Origin: Octopus sinensis
Lineage: Eukaryota
DNA length: 64,000 nt
Assembly (NCBI RefSeq): GCF_006345805.1
Contig: NC_043010.1
Span: 28,272,001-28,336,000, forward strand
Direction: 5' to 3'
The notes under the pieces were generated by a model. That model was not told the DNA's origin and ran no database searches. It saw only the letters and a list, made by a program, of their open reading frames with translations. The position numbers and the translations under genes were made by a program. Position 1 is the first letter of the stretch; each line of letters starts with the position of its first letter. Shown here piece by piece: positions 1 to 41,768 of this stretch.

Positions 1-1250
1 TATGCATTAAAATGGAATAAAAAATGATGTTAAATTATTTTTAAAATCGTAGACTCATCGTAGACGCGCGCTAATACGCAGACGGGCTCGATATGAATCA
101 CGACTATAAGATACCCGAATTTGGTGAAACTGCACCGCAAAATGTGGGAGTAGTTAGGAATCTAAATCGAAGGGGACAGACACTCACACAACTTCACTTT
201 TATATATATAGACTAGCAGTATCGCCCGGCGTTGCTCGGGTTTGTAAGGGAAATAACTATATAAGCATTTTTAGAGAGTTACTTCCTTTATAGATGCCAA
301 TTCGGGCTTTCTTAGCCATTTCTGTTTTGGTGTCTTCAAGCCATGAAGTCGTTGTTCTAAAAGAACGCTGGTCTCCTTGACAACGCTTTACGACGTTGAT
401 TTCCTTACACTCCCTTCCCCACAGCTTCACGAGGGAGGGAAGAAGGGGGAGAAGCAAACACAGGTGCAGGTGTTTGAGCGTGGACGCCAACTCCGCCGCC
501 ATCGACACACGAAAGATTATGCATTAAAATGGAATAAAAAATGATGTTAAATTATTTTTAAAATCGTAGACTCATCGTAGACGCGCGCTAATAGCCAGAC
601 GGGCTCGATATTAATCACGACTATAAGATACCCGAATTTGGTTAAACTGCACCGCAAAATGTGGGAGGAGTTAGGAATCTAAATCGTAGGAGACAGACAC
701 TCACACAACTACAGTTATATATATATACTAGCAGTATCGCCCGGCGTTGCTCGGGTTTGTAAGGGAAATAACTATATAAGCATTTTTAGAGAGTTACTTC
801 CTTTATAGATGCCAATTCGGGCTTTCTTAGCCATTTTTGTTTTGGTGTCTTCAAGCCATGAAGTCGTTGTTCTAAAAGAACGCTGGTCTCCTTGACAACG
901 CATTACGACGTTGATTTCTTTACACTCCCTTCCCCACAGCTTCACGAGGGAGGGAAGGGGGAGAAGCAAACAGGTGCAGCTGTGAGCGTGGACGCCAACT
1001 CCGCCGCCATTGACACACGAAAGATTATGCATTAAAATGGAATAAAAAATGATGTTAAATTATTTTTTAAATCGTAGACTCATCGTTGACGCGCGCTAAT
1101 AGCCAGACGGGCTCGATATGAATCACGACTATAAGATACCCGAATTTGGTTAAACTGCATCGCAAAATGTGGGAGGAGTTAGGAATCTAAATCGAAGGGG
1201 ACAGACACTCACACAACTAGAGTTTTATATATATATATATATATATATAT
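1..1250 (+). mobile_element. Head-to-tail array (about 510-517 bp unit, about 2.4 copies in window) of a non-autonomous Helitron/Helentron-like element
   Basis: Unit anchors at 1, 518 and 1026. 5'-type end ACTAGCAGTATCGCCCGGCGTTGCTCGGG at 212 and 727; 3'-type end cagacactcacacaact..tatatata. Class assigned from end motifs only. Confidence 0.7.
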
Positions 1251-1254
1251 ACAC

Positions 1255-1410
1255 GACGGATTTTCTTTCAGTTTCCGTCGATCAAATCCACTCACAAAGC
1301 TTTGGTCGGTCCGAGGCTATAGTAGAAGGCACTTGCCCAAGGTGTCACTCAGTGGGATTGAACCCGGAACCATGTGGTTTGGTAGCAAGCCTCTTACCAC
1401 ACGCGTGTGC
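1255..1410 (-). mobile_element. SINE family 3 (tRNA-like head on -; agaagacacttgcccaaggtgcc); further copies near 29170, 33190, 33490, 36430-36750, 45465 and 59595
   Basis: Recurring ttcagtttccgtc.accaaatccactcacaaggctttggtc..gaacccggaaccatgtggttg. Confidence 0.85.
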
Positions 1411-3073
1411 CTATATACTAAAATTACAATAATCTAGAACAGTTATAGCTGCTCTCCAACAAATCTCTCAAAACTTACAGAATGCACCTCATATTTTATT
1501 GACCAGTATCGCTTTCATTTACGTGTGTATATACAAATAATCTACTAGGTCAGTGATCGTAAACAACGAACATAATACTTCGGAGTGTTTTATAATACAG
1601 CATACTATATGAAAGTAATACATTGTCAGTGAAGACGTTTAAATTACCGAATATAATGATTGTTCGTTATTCAACGCTTATGGCGGTACTTTTTGTTGAA
1701 TACGACAAAAGAATATTAAATAAGGAAAACGCGAAAGCGCGTGAGAACAACTCATCAAGTAAAATGACATAGTGAGTGACTGTAGTCAGTGACAGAATTT
1801 GCCAAATTTTTATAACTACAAGCTAAATTTTCTAGAACCTTCGATATATTATTTGGCCGGAAAACTTGTGCATTTCTTTTGAATTTTGTCGCATCAACCA
1901 ATTGGTTGCGCCATGTTCACGTAGGTATTAATGCCTTTTATGGCGACACGTTTCCTTCTATGGTGATACTGTAGGTCGTGATTCTGAGCTGGGAAGCGAT
2001 GGTTCAAAATTCAGCAGGAGCCTCGCTACTTTGCAAATAAGCCGAACCGTTTGAGAGTTAAATGTCATTTACATGAAGACTGTACAGAAATCGACAAGAG
2101 GTTTCGAACTACTGAATTTTCATTTGATAGGCCGATCCTCCTCGACATGTGTCAGGTTATTATTCTTGGTAGAAATAGAAAACAAAATAATTCTTTTCTT
2201 GGAAGAGTGAAACTCGAAGCAAATAAAGCTATAAATAATAGCATGTAAATATTGTGTTTAAAAATCCCTTTTGGATACAGAAAAAGTCGAAGGCTACTTG
2301 TAAGGCCCGAACCAACATCTTTTGCAAACATGACAAATGATCTACCATTGGACCAAAACATTTCTTCGAATTTCTCCATCCATTTTAGGAACTTTATGCT
2401 TAACAGCTAAAATTGAATGTTGCTGACGCCATAAGAATTTATATTCTTCGAGAGAATGAAGAATAATTCTATTTTAGAACAGTGAAACTCGAAGGTGACA
2501 GAGCTATAAATAATAGCGTATAAATATTGGAAATCTGGTGCTCAGCCCATCCCCAATATCGGCTACATTAGGTGGATTATAGATGGATTATATCACCCAC
2601 TTGTCAAAATACTCGCCTTTCATAAGTAGTTTTATTCTGCGTGCTGGGCTTGAACTAGAACAACGCTCCCTAGAAAAGAAATTGGTAATTTCTCATTGTT
2701 GCCATGTCTCAGCAAAGTTAAACTATAACCCTTAGGACTAAGGGAACAAAACTATTGAAAGATAAGTGCTTTGGGAACGGAAACAGCGTAACGAGGAAGG
2801 CATGACAAACTCTTAACATATTGTCAAATAACATAATTGGTTCGGAGACTTAACGTTGCTGTTTCTGTTTGTCTGTCTGCCTGTCTGTCTGTATATGCCT
2901 ACCTGTCTGTCTGTCTGTCTGTCCACTCGTCTCCTCTCTCTCTCTCTCATGCATAGTATATTCATCTGTCCGAACTAGTATGGTTCTGTCAGACATCACA
3001 AGTTCGGAGAAAGGGTATAAGTATATATGTATAAATGTATGCATTAATGTATGTACGTAAGTAGACCCATCTA

Positions 3074-3134
3074 AATAGCTGATGAAAATGCCTCGAAGCT
3101 CTTAGCTCCGGTATTTGAAACTCTGAGTTCTATT
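3074..3134 (+). ncRNA. Type I hammerhead ribozyme motif (Penelope-type, short palindromic stem III)
   Basis: aatag / CTGATGA / aaatgcc..ggtattt / GAAA / CTC-t-GAG / TT / ctatt. All three stems pair; stem II closes A-U rather than G-C. Confidence 0.68.
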
Positions 3135-3354
3135 ATGACAACTTACTGATTGTTCTGTGCTATATATATATATAAATTCCTCTATTTACATAATATCGAG
3201 GTCTCATTCATTTGTTTGTTATCATTTTATTATTATTAATATATATATATATATACATATATATTTAAAAATAGGATAAAATCTTGAAAAACCTCATAAG
3301 AGAAAAATCCACCAATTTTTCTCTTAAATATTTTATTTATATTATATAGAAGGT

Positions 3355-3467
3355 ATTACTATACATAAATGCCACACGCTAGGAGGGACTCTTAAAGTCA
3401 AACATTTTATTTTGGTAGTTTTGACTTTAAGAGTCCCTCCTAGCGTGTGGCATTTATGTATAGTAAT
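3355..3467. repeat. Perfect inverted repeat, 48-bp arms, 17-nt loop
   Basis: attactatacat..aagtcaaa (3355-3402) is the reverse complement of 3420-3467. Confidence 0.92.
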
Positions 3468-3523
3468 GTCCTCTCTCTATATATATATATATATTATATT
3501 AAATATATATATATATATATAAC

Positions 3524-3781
3524 AATTGCAGCGTGGAAGGTGTTTATAAGCCATTTAAGAAACACACAAAAGCCGTTCGATTCACTCCAACATTTAAGTC
3601 AGTGAACAGGTCGCGGATTTTAGCGACGAAAATATTTTGACAAATTAAACTTAAATGTTGGAGTGAATCGAACGGCTTTTGTGTGTTTCTTAAATGGCTT
3701 ATAAACACCTTCCACGCTGCAATTCTTTTCGTTTCAGCACACGATCTCAGATCAAATTACTTGCTATGCGAGTACATCTCC

Positions 3782-3785
<4 letters not shown>
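3524..3785. mobile_element. Foldback/MITE-like element with perfect 76-bp arms (3524-3599 / 3649-3724) and a shared tail
   Basis: Arms read as exact reverse complements; diverged, longer copy at about 39624-39960. Confidence 0.75.
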
Positions 3786-3836
<51 letters not shown>

Positions 3837-4679
3837 AATCCAAACGGGAAACAAAAAAACAACAACAATGGAACAATTACAGTATTATTATATAGGCGCT
3901 CAGGAAAAGGAAGCAGGGAGGTATGACGTTTCGAGCGGAGCTCTTCGTCGGAAACATAAAGAAAGAAGAGAGAGGAAAGAAAGATCCCAGAGCGGGCAAC
4001 AGGGAAAGAGAAAAAAGACGACTGGTGTTTACGAGTTGCACATGGTGAAAGGCGGATGTTTACGAAAACAGAGCAAAGTGGGTTTTTAAAGGCAAAAGAG
4101 TGGAGACAAGGTTGGTAACGCAACAGATGTGTGTGTATGTGTGAGTGTGCGCGTGTGCGTGTGTGTATGTGTGTGTGTGAGGCGAGATGAAAAAACAAAA
4201 AAATATATATGTGTGTGTTAGTGTGTGCGTCTGTGTGTAGGCGTGTGAGTAGGGGCGAGATAGTGTCAGCTTAGCAGACAAAGGTCAGTAGTAAGAAAAA
4301 GAGGAAGGAGGAAGGGAGGGAGGGGAAGGGGTGGGGGCGTATGTAGCGTGCCAGCGTTTGTTGAGTAGTAGTGTGTGTGTGTGTCCAGTGTCGTGGTGGT
4401 ATAAATGGCGAGTAGATTGAATGTGTGTAAGAGTAATGTATATATTTAGCAATGTTGTATATGTGTGCGCGCGTGTGTAACGAAAAAGGGGGGGGTAAGG
4501 AAAAAGGACTCCAGCTGAGGGGAAGATGAAGAGTGGTCCCGCGGAGGCGGGCGTCGGAAAACCCAACGACACGCGACGGTCCCAGGAACGGGCGGAGGTC
4601 TTGTCGGTTCCAAGAGCGAGGTGCCTGCGGAGCGTAGGCGTACGCGAACCGGCGCAAGCGCGTGCGTGCGCGAGCCTGC

Positions 4680-5290
4680 GAGTATGTGCGTAAGTATGTA
4701 TGTGTGTGGATGTGTGAGTGTGTCTGTGTGTATGTCCGGGTGGCAGTGTGTCCGATGAATGTATGTGAGTATGTGTGTATGTATGTGTGTGCATAGATGT
4801 ATGTCCGTGTGTGTGTGTGTGGTGGTATGTGTGAGTGTGTATGTATGTACGTGTGTGGTGTGGGGAAGTGTGTGTATGTGCATGTGTGTGCGCGTACATA
4901 CAGGTGTGTGAGTGAGTGTGTGTGTGGTTGTATGTGTGAGTGTGTATGTATGTGTGTGTAGGATGCATGTATGTGTATGGGTGTATGTATGCGTGTGTGT
5001 ATGTATGTATGTGTACGTGCGTGTGTGTGTGTGTATGCGTGTAGGTGTGCGCGTGTGCATGCATGCATGCATGCATGTGCGTATGTGTGTGTGTGTGTGT
5101 GCATGTGTGTGGGTATATATGTATGTGCGTATATGTGTGTGTGTGTGCGTACATGTGTGTGTGTGTGTATGCATGTGTGTGTATGTAGGTGTGTGGGCGT
5201 GTGTGTATAGGTGTATGTATGTAAGTATGTATGGGTGTGTCCGTGTATGTGTGTGTATGTAGGTGTGTGGGCGTGTGTATATGTGTGTAG
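4680..5290. repeat. Long compound (TG)n/(TATG)n microsatellite
   Basis: About 600 bp of TG, TGTA and TGCA units; source of the spurious His-Thr and Cys-Val ORFs. Confidence 0.95.
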
Positions 5291-5329
5291 GCACCGAAAT
5301 AGCAATGAATGGAAACTGCATTCATGAAA

Positions 5330-5882
5330 TAAGTACAAGAATCAGCAAAGCCAACCAAACCAATCATTCGGTGTGTTAAAATCAATATGGAAATCACCAA
5401 TACTCAGCAAGAGCACCAAAATACGATTTTACAAAAGCATCATACCATCCTCCTCTATGGGTCCGAATGTTGGGAATCAACCAAAAGTATTGAAAAGAAA
5501 TTGGAGGTGATTGAAAATAAATGTTTATGAAAAATGTTGATGGTCTGCTGGCTGAATACGATCTCGATTAACCAACTACACACCAAGGCTAACATGAAAC
5601 CAATAAGGGAAACTATTGAAGCGAGGAGATGGAAATGGCTGGCTCGAGTTTGTCGCTATAAAGCGAACTCAGTTGTCAGGATCACTTTGCAATGGGTTCC
5701 ACAAGGTAAAAGACGTGGCCGACGAAAGGAAACGTGGCGGGGAGCAATAACAAAAGAGCTTAAAAGCAGATGGTTAACAATGGAACGAGCTGTCGAAGAC
5801 GCTCACAGTGTTAGAAGGCGGAATGATCTTGCTGTCACCTCAAGTGCCACAAGGCACAATGAGAACTGAATGAATGAATGGA
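5330..5882 (+). mobile_element. 5'-truncated RTE-clade LINE 3' end
   Basis: Frameshifted reading ..LLYGSECW..TIEARRWKWL..LQWVPQGKRRGRRKETW.. followed by a (TGAA)n tail. Confidence 0.8.
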
Positions 5883-5942
5883 TATGCATATATATGTATA
5901 TACATGCATACATACATATGTATTTATACACACACACACACA

Positions 5943-5982
<40 letters not shown>

Positions 5983-6226
5983 CACACAGAGTATACACCA
6001 ATTTGTTAAATTATACATATGTTCGACATGTCTTTTCATGTTTCCAAAATTTTAAAACCAAGTAATTTGATCCTAAGTTACGCAACATCGTGTAAAACAT
6101 CGTTTTTCCATTAGTTACATTACATCGCTTGAGATACATTTGTCAATATTATCGGTTTTTGTAGATATATATATTAGCTGTTTTCATCTCAGAAGTCAGC
6201 AGTTGTAGACGTCTTCATTCAGAAAG

Positions 6227-34824
<28,598 letters not shown>

Positions 34825-35001
34825 AAAGCATAAAATGAGGGCTTGTAACAGCTTGTGCTAATGTAAGTCATCTGTTTTGTTGTTGTTCTTGCAATTAAAT
34901 TTATTGCTTCAATTAAAAATAGTTATTCATTCAGATGGAAATAAGTACCTACTTTTTTCAGGCTTTCTTTCAAATTTTATATACATACATACATACATAT
35001 A

Positions 35002-35055
<54 letters not shown>

Positions 35056-35301
35056 ACATCACCCAATAGTTGTAAACAAGCATCCCAGGCATATAAGCAG
35101 TTTCTTCCATTTTCCAGTCTTCTGTGAAGACATGTCTGGCTAGGGACATGTTTGGAAACAAGTGCATGTTGGTGTCAGAAAGGGCACCATATTGTAGAAG
35201 ATCTGCTTTAATGAATTCCATGTAATCCATGCAAGCATCAAAATGTGAATGTTAAACTGATCATGATAATAATGGTTATAGTGGTAGTGGTGGTGAGGAC
35301 A

Positions 35302-35339
<38 letters not shown>

Positions 35340-37559
35340 AGAGATTATTGGTATTACTAGAATTTTGATGTCTCTTTGTACCATTACTGGTAGCATCCTA
35401 CACCACAAGACGGCCACATATTCTGTTTAATACTGATTGATGTATCAGCTTTCATCAAACCATCCTCAAGTCGTAATAACCCAAAGGCAACAGGCACCGA
35501 CATTCTTACTGTTGTGAAATAGTTAAACAGTTGAAACTTCTTCCTGTGTTCCAGATAATATTTGTACAATTAAATGTGGACTGACAATATTCAGAAGTGA
35601 GTCAAACAGAGAGGAAGGAAGGTGTGTGCAAATGTATGTGTGAGTGTGTACATGTGTGTGTGTGTGTATGTATGTGTGTGTGTGTATGTGTGTGCGTGTG
35701 CGTAATATATTATATATGTTAAGGCAGTGAGCTGGCAGAAACTTTAGTATGGAGGGCGAAATACTTAGTGGTATTTCTGTCATTACGTTCTCAGTTCAAA
35801 TTCCGCTGAGGTCAACTTTGTCATTCATCCTTTCGGAGTCGATAAATTAAGCACCAGTTGCATACTGGGGTCGATCTAATCGACTGGGCCCTCCTCCCTC
35901 TCCCAAAATGTCAAGCCTTGTGCCCAGAGTAGAAAAGAATATTTAAATCAGCAAGCTGGCATAAATGTTAGCATGGAGGGCGAAATGCTTAGCGGTATTC
36001 ATCTGTCTTTATGTTCCGAGTTCAAATTCCATCGAGATTGACTTTGCCTTTCATCCTTTTAGGGACAATAAATTAAGTACCAGTTGTGTAGTGGAGTCGA
36101 TCTAATTGACTGGCCCCCTCCCCAAAAATTTCGGGCCTTGTGCCTAGAATAGAAAAGAATAATTTATATATGTTATATACACATTTTATATATCTGTATA
36201 TATTTTATATATACTTATAAGGCAGAATTGTCAGAATGCCTGACAAGATGCTTAGCAGCAGTTCATTGAACTTTACATTTTGAGTTCCAATTCCGCCGAG
36301 GTCACCTTTTGTCTTTCATCCTCCCAGGGTTGATGAAATAGCATCAGTTCAGTACTGTAATTTATGTAATCGGCTATCTCCCTCCTGATGAATTTCAAGC
36401 TTTGTGACTATACTTCATGCCTATATTTCAGACTTTGTGGCTGTGTGGTAAGAAGCTCGCTTCCCAGTCACATGGTTTGGAGGTTCAGTCCCACTGTGTG
36501 ACACCTTGGGTTAATTGTCTTCTACTATAGCTTCAGGCAGATCAAAGCCTTGTGAGTGGATTTGGTAGACGAAAACTGAAAGAAGCCCATCGTGTGGCTA
36601 TGTTGTATGTAGCTTACTTACCAACTACATGGTTCTGAGTTCAGTCTCACTGTGTGGCACCTTGGGCAGGTGTCTTCTATTATAGCCTCAGGCTGACTAA
36701 AGCCTTGTGAGTGGATTTGGTAGGAGGAAATTGAAAGAAGCCCATTGTATGTGTGTGTGTGTGTTTGTGTATCTGTGTTTGTCCCCCAAATATCGCTTGA
36801 CAACTGATGTTGGTGTATTTATGTCCCTGTAACTTAGTGGTTCAGCAAAAGAGACTGATAGAATAAGTACTAAGCTTACAAAGAATAATTCCTGGGGTCA
36901 ATTTGCTCGACTAAAGGCAGTGCCCCAGCATGGCCGCAGTCAAAATTACTGTAACAAGTTAAAGAATAAATGAATAAAAGAATGTGTGTGTATGTGTGTA
37001 TGTGTGTGTGTGTGCATGTGTATGTGTTTATGTGTGTGTGTCTTTGTGTCTGTGTTTGTCCCTCCCCTGCCACCATCTCTTGACCATTGATGTTGGAGTG
37101 TTTACATCCCTGTAAAAAAGAGACCAATAGCATAAGCTTACAAAGAATAAGTCCTGGAATTGATTTCTTTGACCAAGAAATCCCTTAAGACAGTGCTGCA
37201 GCATGGCCACAGTCAAAAATAACTGAAACAAATAAAAGAATAAAAGAATATGATGTATTGTGTATAAGGTACTTATAACGTACGATATATACTAATGTTG
37301 TTTGGCTTTTATGTTGAGTAATGTATAAAAGGAATTCAACATGAATCTCAAGAATTATTCAATGGTCTTTTGAGGAATACACATTTACTAGGTTTTACAA
37401 GGAAACAGTTCATGGTGAGAGCTGATATAGATGAGCAAGTCGAAACTTCGAAGTCACTGTCAGACACTTTTCCTTGTAAAAAGTTTAATGAATATGTCTG
37501 TCAGTCTGTCTGCCGATCTATCTATCGGTCTATCTATCTATCTATCTATCTGTCTGTCC

Positions 37560-37603
<44 letters not shown>

Positions 37604-37688
37604 GTCTGTCTATCTATCTATCTATCTATCTACCTGTCTATCTATCTATCTGTCTGTCTATCTATCTATCTATTTGTCTGTCTATCTT

Positions 37689-37739
<51 letters not shown>

Positions 37740-37834
37740 ATCTATCTATCTTTCTATCTATTTATGAGTATATCTATCTATCAATCAATCTATTTATCTG
37801 TCTGGTTGTCTGTCTATCTTTCTATATAGTATAT

Positions 37835-37877
<43 letters not shown>

Positions 37878-38581
37878 ATGTTAATATGTATATATAGATG
37901 TATACCTATATATATCCATATACACACATCTACATATATGTACATAATTATGTGTGTGTGCTTGTGCATGTGCGTACACATACTGATAAATAGATAGATG
38001 GCTCTAATTACATAGGAATCAAGAGAGAGAGAGAGAGAGGGGGGGGAGAGAGAATGATTATAGATGGAACTGATGTGGAAGAAGGCATGGAAATAGAGTA
38101 AAAGAGAGACAGGCTGATACTTCAGTGAACAATAGATATTACATAAAACAACAGAAACCTGTTCTCCCTACTTATACGGGGGGGGGGATATAAGTGCATG
38201 CACGTGTGTATGGTGGTGGCGGTGGTGGCGGTGGTAGTGGTGGTGGGGGGGGGCTGTATGGAAAGAGACCTGGGTTGAAGGACTTTGGGAAGTGATGGAC
38301 AAAATGAGTTCATTTAAAAATGAGGTCTGTTTAGAGGACAGTTAATGAGAGTGGAAGGATGGTGTGTGTTAAATGGAATGTTTCAAGTGTGTGAGCATGG
38401 AAGAAGAGACTTCTCCTCTCAGTTTGTGAATGCTGTACACTGACATTCATATATGTATTTATATTCATACATACACACACACACACACACACTCACACAC
38501 ACACATGCATACACAGCTATATATACATGCACACACACACATATATACACATACAAACACACACACACACACACACACACA

Positions 38582-38803
38582 CATGAGGGGGTGTCGAAAA
38601 GTTCCTGGCTTTGAGTAAAAGCAAATGCAAGAGAATCAGTTAACTATGATTTTATTCGATATATTCCCCTCTTAGATTCACACCCTTATTGCAGCGGTCC
38701 TTCAGCTTTTCCTAAGCCCTGTAAAAGAACCCAGAAAGTTGGACCTCAAGCCGGGCCTTTCACGATACACCTAAATTCAGGACCTTTACAGCAACCCTTC
38801 ATG
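38582..38803. mobile_element. Mariner-type MITE, about 220 bp; two reversed copies at about 47540-47762 and 47773-47925
   Basis: Ends catgagggggtgtcgaaaagttcctg / caggacctttacagcaacccttcatg; internal sequence shared with the 47.5-47.9 kb copies. Confidence 0.7.
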
Positions 38804-38821
38804 TGTAAATGTGTGTGTGTG

Positions 38822-38858
<37 letters not shown>

Positions 38859-39180
38859 GTGTGTGTGTATGATATATATATATATCCCTATTATTATTTA
38901 TTATTATTATTAATATTTTTTTGTTTAAAATATTTTGATTTATGGGCATGTATGTGTATACGTATATTTGTGTGTGTGTGCGCGTGTATATGTATGTATA
39001 CATATATTCATACATATATGAACATCATAGTGTAGCATTCATAAACTGAATGCTCTTAAAGTTTGAGGCTTGAATCAAACTGTTTTGAATGATAATATAT
39101 GTAACTATTACTAAATGAGTTGAGAACCTTTTTCTTGTCCTCTCACCATTGTGCATGAACAAATAAAAGAAAAAGGCACT

Positions 39181-39253
<73 letters not shown>

Positions 39254-39623
39254 GAGTAATGAGAAAAACATGAGAAAAGCCCCTAGTACATACTATGAAG
39301 TGGTTGGCATTAGGGAGGGCAACCATTCATAGAGACCATGCCAAAGTAGTGAGACACTGGAGCATGATGCAGTCTTCAGACCCATCAGATCCTGTCAAAC
39401 CAACCAACTCATGCCTGTACTGTTCCTTGATTGACTCAAGCTGCAATTTCTCCAGCTCCAGGACAACTGCATCACTCTTGCCCTTACATGTTTTGTTTGC
39501 TGTGTATACTTTTATCACCATTTCACAGTCTTTTCCATTTCCTTTTTTCTCATCTTTTATCTAAGCCCCAACACAAATTGTTGACTGTCCTTGTGGTGGT
39601 AAAGAAAAGAAATCATTATTATT

Positions 39624-39960
39624 ATTGCAGCATGGAAGGTGTTTATAAGCCATTTAAGAACACCCAAAAACCGTTAGGTTCACTTCAAAATTTAAATTTA
39701 ATTTATCAAAGTATTTTCATCGCTTTGAAACCGTGACCTGTTCGCTGACAAAATTCCATGCTGCAGCCCGAAATTTCATCAATGAATAGGTCACAGTTTC
39801 AAAGTAAAGAAAATATTTTGACACACATTAAATTTAAGTGTTGAAGTGAATCTAAGTTTTTGGGTGTTCTTAAATGGCTTATAAATACTTTCCATACTGC
39901 AATTGTTTTTGTTTCAGCACACAATCTCAGATTAGGTCACTTGCTATGCAACTACATCTC
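39624..39960. mobile_element. Older copy of the same foldback element
   Basis: attgcagcatggaaggtgtttataagccatttaag..cttaaatggcttataaatactttccatactgcaatt plus the same tail tcagcacac.atctcagat. Confidence 0.7.
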
Positions 39961-39983
39961 CATAATAATTATTATTATTATTA

Positions 39984-40045
<62 letters not shown>

Positions 40046-40884
40046 CATTATTGTTATTATTGTTGTTAAGGGGGTGAGCAGAATTGTTAGCAAGCTGGGA
40101 AAAATACTTTTTTTTTTATAGAATAAGTACCAGTTGTGTATTGGGTAGATATAGTTGACTTTCCTCCTCTCCTGAAATTGCTGGCCTAGTGCCAACATTT
40201 GAAACCATTATTAAGCTGGCAGAATTGTTTGAAAGTTCTGTACATTAATTTTTTCTAAGATATTTCATTAATATATACTAAAAGACACCTTGTTTCACAA
40301 AACTCCAAGAGTCTTTCATGGAGTCTGGAGTTCCTCAAAACCTACTTTGGGAAACAAAACATTTCCTTTATAAGATCTAGCATTGCATCTAAGAAGATTT
40401 ATGATTTTTAAAACTCTTATCTTTTCCAGCTTGAACTAATTAGACTATGACCTCGGAATTCTCTGGAAGATAAATGAAAAACAGACCAGAACTATGAAAA
40501 TCAAATTTCCTTTTATTTGAATTATACTATGAGAATCTTGAAAATAAAATTGCTTTAAATGAATCATGTTTTGAATTGATTTATTAACATTTTCATACCA
40601 TTTTTTAATTTTTATTTATATTTATATCAGCTCAGGTGTTGCTTTGTTGTTGAGAACCATCTGGTTTTGAATTTCTTGGGCTCCACTGCAGAGCACCTTA
40701 GGTGAATGATTTCTGCTATAGCTATAGGCTGACCAAACCCACACGAATGGATTTGGTAGACAGAATTTGAAAGAAGCTTGGCATACATGTATGTATGCAT
40801 GTATGTATGTATGTATGTATGTATGTATGTATGTATGTATGATGTATGTATGCATGCATGCATGTATGTATGTATGTATGTGTG

Positions 40885-41110
40885 TGTATGTATGCCGTGT
40901 ATGCCATATGGTCTGCAAATCTAACGGAGGTCTCAAAAGACATTTTAAGATCCACAAAGATCAGAACTTAGCTGCAGCTCTTGATGGTCCAAATCAGATA
41001 TGCAATTTTTTCAATACATTGTCTGGTTTAAAAGGTCACTTCAAACGCCATGATGGATCTAAAGTATATGTACAAAAGGTGCTCAGACTCTGCATATGGG
41101 GTAGACAGCC
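40885..41110 (+). mobile_element. LINE 3' end (probably RTE) with C2H2-like motifs and a (TATG)n tail
   Basis: CRVCHMVCKSNGGLKRHFKIH plus a degenerate second finger; terminus cagactctgc..gtagacagcc.accatgtatgta also present at about 33435-33480. Confidence 0.55.
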
Positions 41111-41658
41111 ACCATGTATGTATGTACATATGTATGTATGTATGTATGTGTGTGTATGTATGAGTGTACATGTGTGTATGTATGTATGTATGCATGTACG
41201 TGTGTCTGTGTGTGCATGAGAGAGAAAGTGTATGTGTGTGTACCTATGCGTGTGTGCGAATTTGTGTTAGTGTTTATCCCCACCACTATCACCACTTCAC
41301 AGCTGGTGTTGGTTCGTTTACATCTCTGTAAACACAAGAAAACTGATAGAATAAATACTAGGTTATACAAAAAAAAAAGACAAGTACAAGGTTTGATTTG
41401 CTTCACTAAACCCTCCAAGGCAGTGCTCCAGCATTGCCACAATCCAAAAGACTGAAACAAACAAAACACAAAAACATAAAAGATGTTATTTTCTCCCTGG
41501 TGTGAACTTTGACATATGTTTTATTTATCTTTTCTTTTTCAACAAAACTTTCAACTTTGACATTTGACTTTTGTTTAAAGTACAAACATTTTTGTAATTT
41601 TGAGATTGTTATAGTTTAAACAATTGTAAGCAAATTAAACATATATTGTGTGTATATG

Positions 41659-41689
<31 letters not shown>

Positions 41690-41737
41690 GTTTGTCTCTC
41701 TGTCTTTCTTGTTCTCTCTCTCTCTCTCTCTCTCTCA

Positions 41738-41768
<31 letters not shown>

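Noticed and set aside
4271-5400. Long ORFs of 291-371 aa rich in His-Thr or Cys-Val
   Set aside because: Translations of (TG)n/(TATG)n microsatellite, open in several frames; the same applies to similar ORFs at about 13.5, 37.4 and 41.6-42.3 kb.
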